64,000 bases of DNA from Candidatus Nomurabacteria bacterium (GTDB lineage Bacteria; Patescibacteriota; Saccharimonadia; Saccharimonadales; VXPC01): assembly GCA_020631905.1 (NCBI GenBank), contig JACKGQ010000001.1, positions 293,854 to 357,853 of the forward strand, in the 5' to 3' direction. Numbering within the stretch: position 1 is the first letter of the stretch; the number at the start of each line of letters is the position of its first letter. Positions 35,324 to 44,165 of the stretch are shown here, one piece after another. Made by a program: the position numbers and the translations under genes. A model generated the notes under the pieces. The model had not been told where the DNA came from. It searched no databases and worked only from the letters and a program-made list of their open reading frames with translations.

Positions 35324-37168
35324 ATGAGCAATCAAGACCAACTATATGCAATGCGCCACAGTCTAGCCCATATCATGGCGACTGCGGTTCAACACTTGTG
35401 GCCAGAAGCTAAGTTTGGCGTTGGCCCAGTAGTCGAAAACGGTTTTTACTATGATATCGACCTAGGAAACACCAAGATAAGTGAAGAAGATTTTAAAAAA
35501 ATTGAGAAAGAAATGCATTCGGTAATTGCCGCAAATCAGTCTTTTGAAAAGAGTATGATGCCGATTAACGAGGCAATCTCCTGGGCCAAAGCGCACAATC
35601 AGCCATATAAGGAAGAATTACTTAACGATTTAAAACGTGCCGGTACCACTGTCGCCAAAGATCTAGATATTGCTGAACTTGGCTTACCAAGTGATGACAC
35701 AAAAGTACACGAAGTTAGTTTTTATACGAATGGTGATTTCTGTGATTTATGTCGAGGACCTCATCTTGAATCAACCAGTAAAGTGGGAGCTTTTAAATTG
35801 ATGCGTGTGGCTGGGGCTTACTGGCGAGGCAAAGAGAATAACCCGCAGATGCAGCGTCTGTATGGGGTGGCCTTTGCTACCAAAGAGGAGCTTAAACAAC
35901 ATCTGCAGATGCTCGAAGAAGCCAAAAAACGTGATCATCGAAAACTTGGTAAAGAGATGGATCTATTTACGTTCTCCGATTTAGTGGGTCCGGGCTTACC
36001 GCTCTGGACTCCAAGAGGAACAGTGCTAAGGATGCAGGTAGATAAGCTCGTTCAAGAACTGCGCTCAGAATATGGTTATCAACCAGTCGAGATACCACAT
36101 ATCACCAAAAAAGACCTCTACGAAAAAAGTGGTCATTGGACAAAATTTAGTGAAGAGCTGTTCAAGATAACTACTCGAGACGGACATGAGTTTGTGATGA
36201 AGCCGATGAATTGCCCTCACCACACACAGATTTATGCATCGCAAAAGCGCAGTTATAAAGATTTGCCGATAAGATACAGCAACACGACTATGGTATATCG
36301 AGATGAGCAGACCGGTGAACTGGGTGGCTTGAGTAGGGTCCGCTCGATAACTCAAGACGATGCGCATGTGTTTTGTCGAGCAAGCCAAATTCGTGATGAA
36401 GCGAATAAGATATGGGATATCATCGAAAACTTCTACGCAGCATATGGCATGGAAGTAAGACCAGAATTGTCATTTATGGATCCAGAAGAGCCAGATAAAT
36501 ACTCCGGCGAACAAAGCAAATGGGATGAAGCCCAGGCAACACTTCAAGACTTAGTGAACGAACGAGTTGGTGAAGTAGCAATTGGAATCGGAGAAGCAGC
36601 ATTTTATGGTCCTAAGATCGACTTTAAGGCCAAAGATGCAATCGGTCGGGAACACCAGGTCGCAACAATCCAGCTAGACTTTAACCAGCCAGAAGGTTTT
36701 GATTTAACTTGTACTAATGAACAGAGCGAGAATGAACGAGTTGTAATGATCCACGCTGCGATTGCCGGCTCGCTAGAAAGATTCTTATCGGTGCTAATCG
36801 AGCATACTGCGGGTAAGTTTCCAGTTTGGCTGGCGCCTGAGCAGTTGCGAATAATTACTGTTAGCGGTGAAGATCAGACGATGCTCGACTATGCAAAAGA
36901 GCTTGCGAGTAAAGCTAACGACTTAGGGATTCGTGTTAGTGTAGATGATAGTGCCGAATCGGTAGGTAAAAAGATCCGATCAAGTGTTACCGATCGAGTT
37001 CCATATACCATAGTAGTTGGTGAGCAAGAAGTTAGCAGCGGGGTATTAAAGCCTCGTATTCGGGATGATCTGCGGGTAGTTGAGGCTGATACAGAGTTGC
37101 CAGCCGAAAATTTCCTGCAATCGCTTGCTAATGAAAGCAAGTCCCGTGTTCTAAAATCATCGATGTAG
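35324..37168 (+). CDS. thrS: threonyl-tRNA synthetase (no N-terminal TGS domain)
   Basis: Starts at the editing-domain motif HSLAHIMATAVQHLWP. Class II motifs (FRDEQ-type, GLSRV) and a C-terminal anticodon-binding domain. SD AAGGAG. Confidence 0.95.
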   Translation: MSNQDQLYAMRHSLAHIMATAVQHLWPEAKFGVGPVVENGFYYDIDLGNTKISEEDFKKIEKEMHSVIAANQSFEKSMMPINEAISWAKAHNQPYKEELLNDLKRAGTTVAKDLDIAELGLPSDDTKVHEVSFYTNGDFCDLCRGPHLESTSKVGAFKLMRVAGAYWRGKENNPQMQRLYGVAFATKEELKQHLQMLEEAKKRDHRKLGKEMDLFTFSDLVGPGLPLWTPRGTVLRMQVDKLVQELRSEYGYQPVEIPHITKKDLYEKSGHWTKFSEELFKITTRDGHEFVMKPMNCPHHTQIYASQKRSYKDLPIRYSNTTMVYRDEQTGELGGLSRVRSITQDDAHVFCRASQIRDEANKIWDIIENFYAAYGMEVRPELSFMDPEEPDKYSGEQSKWDEAQATLQDLVNERVGEVAIGIGEAAFYGPKIDFKAKDAIGREHQVATIQLDFNQPEGFDLTCTNEQSENERVVMIHAAIAGSLERFLSVLIEHTAGKFPVWLAPEQLRIITVSGEDQTMLDYAKELASKANDLGIRVSVDDSAESVGKKIRSSVTDRVPYTIVVGEQEVSSGVLKPRIRDDLRVVEADTELPAENFLQSLANESKSRVLKSSM

Positions 37169-37169
37169 C

Positions 37170-37493
37170 ATGATGAATGTAAGTAAGTTTGGAAAGTCTG
37201 TAGAGTCTGTAGTTGCGAGTGTACCTTTTGGCAAAGTAGTGACATATGGTCAGGTTGCTGCAATGATTGGTCATCCCCGAGCCGCTCGACAAGTTGGCGG
37301 AGTAGCTCACTATGGCAATTTAGATATACCTTGGCACAGACTCGTTAATCGTTTTGGTGGCTTAGCAAGTGGATATCATGGTGGACGAGAGGCTCAACAG
37401 CAACACCTAGAAGCCGAAGGGGTGCAATTCACTGAAACCGATAAAGGCTGGGTCTTGGATATTGATAAGTACATTTGGGTCCCAGATAACTAA
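37170..37493 (+). CDS. alkyltransferase-like (ATL) protein, MGMT DNA-binding-domain family
   Basis: VPFGKVVTYGQVA and PWHRLVN. Trp replaces the PCHR acceptor cysteine. Confidence 0.8.
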   Translation: MMNVSKFGKSVESVVASVPFGKVVTYGQVAAMIGHPRAARQVGGVAHYGNLDIPWHRLVNRFGGLASGYHGGREAQQQHLEAEGVQFTETDKGWVLDIDKYIWVPDN

Positions 37494-37494
37494 C

Positions 37495-38367
37495 ATGAAG
37501 ATAGACACCTTATTTATAGTTGGCCAAACAGCCAGTGGCAAAAGTAGTTTAGCAATGCGATTAGCCAAAGTGCTAGATGGTGAGATAATTGCTGCTGACT
37601 CGCTAACAGTTTACAAGGGCCTAGATATTGGTACGGCTAAGCCAACGCAACAAGATATGCGGGCAGTTAAACATCATATGATTGATGTAGCTGATCAGAG
37701 CAAGCCATTTACTGTCTCAGATTTTCAAACTCAAGCCAAACAGGCAATCACAAATGTACACGCCAAGGGTAAACTAGCGATAGTAGTTGGAGGTAGCGGG
37801 CTATACGTCAATAGTCTCCTCTATGATTATAAGTTAGGCCCCGCTGCCAACACTGCCGAACGCGCAGAATATGAATCGAAAACGATCGAACAGCTGCAAT
37901 CAATAATCCTAAATGCTGGCTATGACTTGCCGGAAAACAGCCAAAACAAGCGATATCTTATTCGGGCCATTGAGCAAGGTGGAGTTAGGTCAGGTGATAT
38001 TAAAATGATCAACGGAGCCTTGGTTATTGGCATAAGACTCGATAAGGATGTTTTAGGGGAGCGGATACGCCTGCGGCTCAAACGAATGCTCGATGATGGG
38101 GTGCTTAAAGAAGTCCAGCTGGCTTACGAACGTTATGATTCGGACTCTGAAGCCTTAAAGGGAAATATTTATCAGAGTTTAAGGCCGTATTTTTATCAAC
38201 AAATTAGTATAAATGATGCGCTGGAAAACTCTGTAAGGTCTGATTTAAAGCTCGCCAAAAAACAATATGCTTGGTTTAAGCGGAATCAGGCGATATATTG
38301 GTTCTCTGACACGAACAAAGCCTTCAAGTTTGTTGTAGATCGGTTGTCGCAGCCCAAAGTAGGGTGA
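37495..38367 (+). CDS. miaA: tRNA dimethylallyltransferase
   Basis: IVGQTASGKSS P-loop. AADSLTVYKGLDIGTAKP motif. Confidence 0.9.
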   Translation: MKIDTLFIVGQTASGKSSLAMRLAKVLDGEIIAADSLTVYKGLDIGTAKPTQQDMRAVKHHMIDVADQSKPFTVSDFQTQAKQAITNVHAKGKLAIVVGGSGLYVNSLLYDYKLGPAANTAERAEYESKTIEQLQSIILNAGYDLPENSQNKRYLIRAIEQGGVRSGDIKMINGALVIGIRLDKDVLGERIRLRLKRMLDDGVLKEVQLAYERYDSDSEALKGNIYQSLRPYFYQQISINDALENSVRSDLKLAKKQYAWFKRNQAIYWFSDTNKAFKFVVDRLSQPKVG

Positions 38368-38374
38368 TATACTC

Positions 38375-39334
38375 ATGTCCATGCCAAAAAAACCTAAAGC
38401 TAAATCAGTTAGCGAACCATATGTAGTCCAGTACGAAACCAAGAACGCAGAGTTTGAATATGCTAGGTTTTGGGATGGGCGCTCATATGAGGATCGGGCT
38501 GAAAGGATGCTGCTTAAACAACTCATTGGGTACTACCACAGTAAGTCTAAATGGCTAGTCGATATCGGTGGCTCATATGGCCGACTTCTAAATCTATATG
38601 CAAAACGCTTCAAACAGGTAGTAATTGTCGATTATGCTACGAATGAGTTCTACTTAAGCCTGAAACCAGCAAAAGACAAGAAGCTTGCCTTAAGCCACAT
38701 TGCTGCAAACGCATACCATCTTCCATTTGCCGACGACACCCAGTCGGCTATCATTTCGATTCGAGTAATTCATCATCTAACCGACCCCGATCTATTTTTT
38801 AAAGAGATATCGAGAGTTCTCAAACCGGGCGGAACAGCAATTATAGAGGCAGCCAATAAAAATAGCCTGAAGCGCTTACTAAAGTGCATATTGCGAGCAG
38901 ATTTTAGTGATTGGCGTAATGACTGGGTAGATATTGGGGCGAGTGGCTTGCAGAACGACGGTAGTTTTCAGCTAATACGTAACTATCATCCAAAGTATCT
39001 GATGAGATTGTTAAGCGAAGCTGGCCTAGTGGTTGTGAAACGACGCTCAGTATCTTGGTTTAGACGTACCCCTGTAGCTAAATTACCCAAAGTAATTATT
39101 GATTCGCTAGAGAAGATCATGCAAATATTCAGTGGCTGGTTGTTTTTTGGCCCTAGCGGCTGGTACGTAGTGCGTAAGCCAGGCGTATATCAGCCAGATA
39201 AAGCATCTTTCGGAGATTGCATAGTCGACCCGGCCACAAAAAAATATATCGGTACAACAGCTCAGAAGAAGATCCAGAAGACAAACAAGCAAGTACGTTA
39301 TCTCGATCTTAGGTATCCCAAACCACGACGCTAA
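38375..39334 (+). CDS. class I SAM-dependent methyltransferase
   Basis: LVDIGGSYGRL (motif I), then FADDTQSAI, then LKPGGTAII. Confidence 0.75.
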   Translation: MSMPKKPKAKSVSEPYVVQYETKNAEFEYARFWDGRSYEDRAERMLLKQLIGYYHSKSKWLVDIGGSYGRLLNLYAKRFKQVVIVDYATNEFYLSLKPAKDKKLALSHIAANAYHLPFADDTQSAIISIRVIHHLTDPDLFFKEISRVLKPGGTAIIEAANKNSLKRLLKCILRADFSDWRNDWVDIGASGLQNDGSFQLIRNYHPKYLMRLLSEAGLVVVKRRSVSWFRRTPVAKLPKVIIDSLEKIMQIFSGWLFFGPSGWYVVRKPGVYQPDKASFGDCIVDPATKKYIGTTAQKKIQKTNKQVRYLDLRYPKPRR

Positions 39335-39381
39335 TCAAGTAGTTGTTTGAACAGATTATTTTTTGAGTTACAATAAAAGAT

Positions 39382-40017
39382 ATGATCGAGCAACTATTTG
39401 GATCTAAAACCAGGGTTAAGTTACTTAGATTGTTCATGTCTAACCCAAATCGCTCATTTTATGTGCGCGAAATTACTCGCAAAGTCGAGGAACAAATTAA
39501 CTCAGTTCGTCGTGAGCTATCAAATTTATTGTCAATCGGGATAATCAAGTCAGACAGCTCTAATAATCGCTTGTATTACGAGGTTAATCAGAAGTACGAG
39601 CACTATTTAGCACTTTCTAGTATGTTTGGTGGGCGAGCCTACGCAACTACCCCTAAGAAAGAAAAGCCAACTAAAGACAAACAGGCAACCGTCGAAGATA
39701 AGAAGTCGAACGTTGCTGAGATCCCTGAAGAAGAGAGAGCACTAGGGAATGTTGAGTTAGTGATTCTTGGAGGGGTATTCACTAGAGATAAGACTGCCCC
39801 GGTTGATTTATTGATTGTCGGTGATGTAAATCAGGCAGCGCTCGATAAATATGTAACAGAACTTGAATCATCGACAGGAGCAGAAATACGATTCGCGACT
39901 TTTGCGAAACACGAATTTGACTATCGACGCCAAATAAAAGACAGATTTGTGGTGACAATGCTTGAGGGCAAGCTGTCTATAAAAGTTGATAAAAACGGTA
40001 TACTAACAGATAAATAA
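39382..40017 (+). CDS. winged-helix (ArsR-like) DNA-binding protein with C-terminal alpha/beta domain
   Basis: LFGSKTRVKLLRLFMSNPNRSFYVREITRKV wHTH. TACAAT box lies 7 nt before the ATG. Confidence 0.65.
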   Translation: MIEQLFGSKTRVKLLRLFMSNPNRSFYVREITRKVEEQINSVRRELSNLLSIGIIKSDSSNNRLYYEVNQKYEHYLALSSMFGGRAYATTPKKEKPTKDKQATVEDKKSNVAEIPEEERALGNVELVILGGVFTRDKTAPVDLLIVGDVNQAALDKYVTELESSTGAEIRFATFAKHEFDYRRQIKDRFVVTMLEGKLSIKVDKNGILTDK

Positions 40018-40029
40018 CAGGAGATATTC

Positions 40030-40656
40030 ATGCAAGTAGATTTTTTTGGTGCGAACTGTATTCGCTTAAAGACTAAGCTAACAACGATTGTTTTTGATGA
40101 TAACCTGGCTCGACTAGGGGCTAAATCAGTTACAACTAGCGACGATATCGCTGCATCAACTAATGAAGCAATTTTAGGACTACCTAGTAAGTACTCAATA
40201 AGCTTTAGCTTGCCTGGGAATTACGAAGTGGGCGACGTGATGTTAACCGGAATTGCAGCCAGGTCTCATATAGAAGAAGACGAAAACAAGATGTTAGCCA
40301 CCATCTTTAGAGGTGTTGCCGAGGATATAAAGTTTGCAGTTATCGGACATATTCACCCAGATTTAAGCGACGAGCAACTAGAGGACATAGGTATAATCGA
40401 CCTGTTATTTATACCGGTCGGCGGCTCTGGCTATACACTGGATGCGATTGCAGCAGCAAAGATCGTTAAACAATTAGAACCAAAGGTGGTTATACCCACT
40501 CATTACGCCGACAAATCACTTAACTTTGATATGCCACAGGCTGCTTGCGATGAGTTTGTTAAAGTTATGGGAGTAGAGGCTCAGAAAATAGGCAGGAGCT
40601 TAAAGCTTAAAAGAGCTGATCTATCCGACAAAACCCAGATTTATATACTAGACTGA
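40030..40656 (+). CDS. MBL-fold metallo-hydrolase family protein
   Basis: SD CAGGAG. Beta-lactamase-fold pattern ending VVIPTHY. Confidence 0.6.
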   Translation: MQVDFFGANCIRLKTKLTTIVFDDNLARLGAKSVTTSDDIAASTNEAILGLPSKYSISFSLPGNYEVGDVMLTGIAARSHIEEDENKMLATIFRGVAEDIKFAVIGHIHPDLSDEQLEDIGIIDLLFIPVGGSGYTLDAIAAAKIVKQLEPKVVIPTHYADKSLNFDMPQAACDEFVKVMGVEAQKIGRSLKLKRADLSDKTQIYILD

Positions 40657-40675
40657 GACCCTCTGGTCGGGTTGT

Positions 40676-40710
40676 AAAAAAAATAGTCTCTCAGTGAGAG
40701 ACTATTTTGT
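40676..40710. terminator. bidirectional intrinsic terminator (MBL gene / rpmB)
   Basis: 12-bp perfect stem AAATAGTCTCTC/GAGAGACTATTT flanked by an A-run and a T-run. Confidence 0.8.
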
Positions 40711-40902
40711 TGAGGCAATGGCGCCTTTCTTCTTAAGCGTGCGCAAGGCGGATGTACTGATTTTTACACGTACCTTTTTTCCGTCTACGAAAAGTGTTTT
40801 TGTTTGTAGGTTTGGTTTCCAGACCTTTTTTGTACGGCGTAGTGAAAAACTAACATTGTGACCATGTTGTTTGCCTTTGCCGCTAATTTCACATTTCTGC
40901 AT
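40702..40902 (-). CDS. rpmB: 50S ribosomal protein L28
   Basis: MQKCEISGKGKQHGHNVSFSLRRTKKVWKPNLQ is the canonical L28 N-terminus. Confidence 0.95.
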   Translation of the reverse strand: MQKCEISGKGKQHGHNVSFSLRRTKKVWKPNLQTKTLFVDGKKVRVKISTSALRTLKKKGAIASTK

Positions 40903-41032
40903 TTGAATTACCTATAATTTGCTTAAAATTCAGTTGATTATTCTATAGTAATTGATCTGATTAGTCAATCAATAGTTTAGATAAAGGTTTTTACATGGAT
41001 CTGTAATGTTGTAAACTGTATAATGAAATTTT

Positions 41033-41656
41033 ATGAGTAGTATTAGTGGGATAGAAATAGTTTTTGCAATAATTTCGATTGTAACGGCAATATCGTTACA
41101 CGAAATGATGCATGCTGTCGCTGGTTATTTCTTGGGTGATGATACCGCAAAAAGCCAGGGAAGAATCAGCTTTAATCCCTTAGTGCATGTTGATATGTTC
41201 ACAACAATACTACTACCATTAATACTGTTAATCGCAGGCGCACCACCAATTGGGGCAGCTAAACCAGTCCCATTTAACCCCACTAGATTAAAGTTTGACG
41301 AATACGGTGCAGCCCTCTTAGCTCTGGCTGGACCAGCCACAAACTTTTTACTAGCTGTTGTAGGTGCTACATCATATAAAATAGCTTTTAATTATGGCTG
41401 GGAGCTTGCTGCCAGCGGTTTTGCCATCTTTACTGTTGTTAACATAGGTTTTTTTGTATTTAACATGCTACCAGTTCCACCGCTAGATGGTTCTAGGGTG
41501 CTGTATGCATTCGCACCTGATAGTGTACGTCGCTTGATGGACAACTTAGAGAGAATGGGTATCTTGATTATCATGTTTGTATTTGTGTTTGCTTATCCGC
41601 TGGTTAGACCGTTACTAGTTTGGGCAAATAGGGCACTATTAAACTTGATTGTTTAG
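41033..41656 (+). CDS. site-2 protease family (M50) membrane metalloprotease
   Basis: HEMMH zinc motif in TM1 and multi-TM topology. PPLDGSRV (NPDG-like) motif. Confidence 0.8.
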   Translation: MSSISGIEIVFAIISIVTAISLHEMMHAVAGYFLGDDTAKSQGRISFNPLVHVDMFTTILLPLILLIAGAPPIGAAKPVPFNPTRLKFDEYGAALLALAGPATNFLLAVVGATSYKIAFNYGWELAASGFAIFTVVNIGFFVFNMLPVPPLDGSRVLYAFAPDSVRRLMDNLERMGILIIMFVFVFAYPLVRPLLVWANRALLNLIV

Positions 41657-41670
41657 GATTATAATTATTA

Positions 41671-41828
41671 CTGGCTGATGGCCTATATGATTATCTGTTA
41701 CTTCATATATGGGAGCCTAATATTCAATCTACTTGCGGGTAGGTTATGAGGGCACCCACGTGGGTTATCTATTCCAGATACTCATACCATCAGCCATAAA
41801 AATGCACCAAGTAGTTGGTGCATTTTTA
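41671..41828 (+). ncRNA. candidate small RNA (unclassified) with long terminal helix
   Basis: TATAAT at 41660-41665 puts the TSS at the first base of the closing helix (CTGGCTGATGG...TATGATTATCTG pairs with CAGATACTCATA...CCATCAGCC). Terminator 41802-41823 plus T-run. No ORF. Confidence 0.45.
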
Positions 41829-41837
41829 TATACTAAT

Positions 41838-41914
41838 TGGTCGGGATGACAGGACTTGAACCTGCGACCTCACGGCCCCCAGCCGTACGCGCTAGCCAAC
41901 TGCGCCACATCCCG
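41838..41914 (-). tRNA. tRNA-Pro (GGG)
   Basis: CGGGATG acceptor, anticodon loop CUGGGGG, GTTCAAGT T-loop, encoded CCA. Confidence 0.88.
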
Positions 41915-41960
41915 TGTATTCAAAGTATAAAATATCCATGCATGCGTGTACAATGTAGTT

Positions 41961-42626
41961 ATGGACTGGAAACAAACAGAAGCTTCAACACTCCTGCTAA
42001 AAAAAGACTTTGAAAGCTTTGATCAAGCATGGGCATTCATGACCTTTTTAGCTAAACTTAGCCGTTCTTGTAAGGTACAGCCAAGACTCGCAAATTTTGG
42101 TGAGCAGGTAGAGGTAGAAATATATAATGATCAAGCCGCTATACCATTCATCGACGGAGTGAATAACTTTTTAACATATAAGAAATCAGAAAGTGTTGAT
42201 GTTCTAACAACACAGAATGATAGCTCATGTTTATACTGTGATGGTGGTTCTAGGGGAAATCCTGGTCCGTCTGCAAGCGGTTTTGTGATATTCGATAGCC
42301 ACAATAACGAGTTAGCTAGGGGCGGTGAATTCTTGGGAGTAACTACAAATAACCAAGCTGAGTATCACTCACTAAAAGCTGGGTTAGCAAAAGCTCACGA
42401 GCTTGGTATACATAAAATAAAAGTCTATATGGATAGTATGTTAGTTGTTAATCAGATTAGTGGCATTTATAAAGTGCGTAATCGCGATCTTTGGCCGGTA
42501 TACGAACATATTAAGTCGGAGTCCAGTAAATTTAGAGAGTTCAATATTTCGCATGTTCCGCGAGAACTCAATAAAGTGGCCGATGGAATAGTCAATAAAA
42601 TTCTCGACGATCACATCAAAGATTAA
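41961..42626 (+). CDS. RNase HI-family protein with about 90-aa N-terminal PCD/DCoH-like extension
   Basis: CDGGSRGNPG (D), NNQAEY (E), YMDSMLVV (D) and NKVADGIV (D). TACAAT lies 6 nt before ATG 41961. Confidence 0.75.
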   Translation: MDWKQTEASTLLLKKDFESFDQAWAFMTFLAKLSRSCKVQPRLANFGEQVEVEIYNDQAAIPFIDGVNNFLTYKKSESVDVLTTQNDSSCLYCDGGSRGNPGPSASGFVIFDSHNNELARGGEFLGVTTNNQAEYHSLKAGLAKAHELGIHKIKVYMDSMLVVNQISGIYKVRNRDLWPVYEHIKSESSKFREFNISHVPRELNKVADGIVNKILDDHIKD

Positions 42627-42647
42627 TCATTCTGTTACAATATCTAT

Positions 42648-42998
42648 GTCAGCTAACCGATCGATCGCCGCTCGCAATATGCGAGGGGAGGAAAGTCCGG
42701 GCTACATAAAGGCAACGACAGTCGCTAACGGCGACCAAGGGTGACCTTAGGGAAAGTGCCACAGAAACGTGTACCGCCTCGTTTTACGAGGTAAGGGTGA
42801 AACGAGTGGGGTAAGAGCCCACAACATCTGTAGGTGACTATGGAATGTTGGTAAACCCTGTCTGTAGCAAGGAGTGACTCAAGCTTCTTTTCTAGGAGCC
42901 GGCGCCTACCGCGAGTTACAAAGACACCGCTTGATCAGGGTATACCTGACTAGATAGATGATCGATCTCGACAAAACCCGGCTTATAGGTTAACTGAC
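42648..42998 (+). ncRNA. rnpB: RNase P RNA (bacterial type A)
   Basis: GAGGAAAGTCCGGGCT (CR-I) and ACAAAACCCGGCTTA (CR-V). P1 pairing GTCAGCTAACC/GGTTAACTGAC. Confidence 0.92.
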
Positions 42999-43039
42999 AA
43001 ATTAAAATGACCCGTGTAGGGGTCATTTTAATTTGTCAG
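42994..43039. terminator. 20-bp hairpin between rnpB and rplT (convergent), likely bidirectional terminator
   Basis: CTGACAAATTAAAATGACCC / GGGTCATTTTAATTTGTCAG perfect stem. Confidence 0.65.
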
Positions 43040-43051
43040 AGGCCTCAGACC

Positions 43052-43393
43052 TTACTTAGTGGCTTTGACTAACTGGGCAAAGGCTTTTGGTTCTCGGGCA
43101 GCTAGTTCTGCAAGGATTTTGCGATCTAGACTAATGTTTGCATTCTTTAGGTCGTTGATCAGCTTTGAGTAAGTGGTTCCATTCTCGCGAGCAGCGGCAT
43201 TAATTCGAGTTGCCCATAGACCACGTAATTCTCGTTTGCGGTTTCTACGATCACGATATGCATATTGTAATGAGCGAACAGCAGCTTGCTTGCCTAGACG
43301 CACGCTAGAGCGTCGAGCGCGCTGCATACCTTTGGTCGCTTTACGGATATTATTATGGCGTCGACGTGCAGTAACGCCTCGTTTAACTCTCAT
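43052..43393 (-). CDS. rplT: 50S ribosomal protein L20
   Basis: MRVKRGVTARRRHNNI...YAYRDRRNRKR is canonical L20. Confidence 0.95.
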   Translation of the reverse strand: MRVKRGVTARRRHNNIRKATKGMQRARRSSVRLGKQAAVRSLQYAYRDRRNRKRELRGLWATRINAAARENGTTYSKLINDLKNANISLDRKILAELAAREPKAFAQLVKATK

Positions 43394-43590
43394 TACTTAA
43401 CTCCTAGGTTCTTCTTAATGTTTTTGGCAATCGTTCCGCCGATTAGTTTTGGCGAAACTAAAGTACGCTTGCGTGAGTGGCTCTTTTTGCTCATATTGTG
43501 GTTACCGTTTGCTTTACGGCGGATGACTTTACCATTTCGGGTAACTCGGATCTTATCCTTTGTTCCGCTATGGGTTTTTAACTTAGGCAT
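43393..43590 (-). CDS. rpmI: 50S ribosomal protein L35
   Basis: MPKLKTHSGTKDKIRVT is canonical L35. Confidence 0.95.
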   Translation of the reverse strand: MPKLKTHSGTKDKIRVTRNGKVIRRKANGNHNMSKKSHSRKRTLVSPKLIGGTIAKNIKKNLGVK

Positions 43591-44098
43591 TCTTTGTACT
43601 CCTTATGACCATTGTTAACTGTTTACCGGCAAACTGAGGTTGCTGGTCGACGGCGATATCTTGACCCAGCTTATCGAGTAATTTGTCGGCTAGCTCAAAA
43701 GCCAATTCTTTGTGAGCTAGCTCGCGACCTCTTAAAACGATACTGAGCTTTACCTTACTGCCGTTATCCAGGAATTTACAGATTTTACTGAGCTTTACAT
43801 CGATGTCGTGACCACCTATCTTTAGGCCAAAACGCATTTCCTTCAGCTCGTTTGATTTCGCATTGCGGCGATTCTTTTGCAACTGCTTTTCGCGCTGATA
43901 GTTGTATTTGCCCCAATCGACGATCTTGGCAACTGGTGGGTTAGCACTTGATGACACTTCTACGAGGTCAAGTCCGGCTTCCTGAGCCGCTCGAATTGCT
44001 TCAGCCTTACTCAAGACACCTAGTTGTGATCCGTCCTCACCAATTACCCGCAACTCAGTTGCTCGAATGGCGTGATTGACGCGGGTCTGCTTGTTTAT
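43583..44098 (-). CDS. infC: translation initiation factor IF-3, predicted ATA start
   Basis: The frame is open upstream of the ORF-track TTG. INKQTRVNHAIRATELRVIG matches the IF3 N-terminus. ATA at 44098-44096 lies 7 nt after AGGAG (44110-44106). Confidence 0.88.
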   Translation of the reverse strand: MNKQTRVNHAIRATELRVIGEDGSQLGVLSKAEAIRAAQEAGLDLVEVSSSANPPVAKIVDWGKYNYQREKQLQKNRRNAKSNELKEMRFGLKIGGHDIDVKLSKICKFLDNGSKVKLSIVLRGRELAHKELAFELADKLLDKLGQDIAVDQQPQFAGKQLTMVIRSTKNA

Positions 44099-44165
44099 TC
44101 TGTAACTCCTTTCAAGTCGGACGCTAGTTTACCAGATTAACTTCTTAAAGACAAGTGTTAAATGC

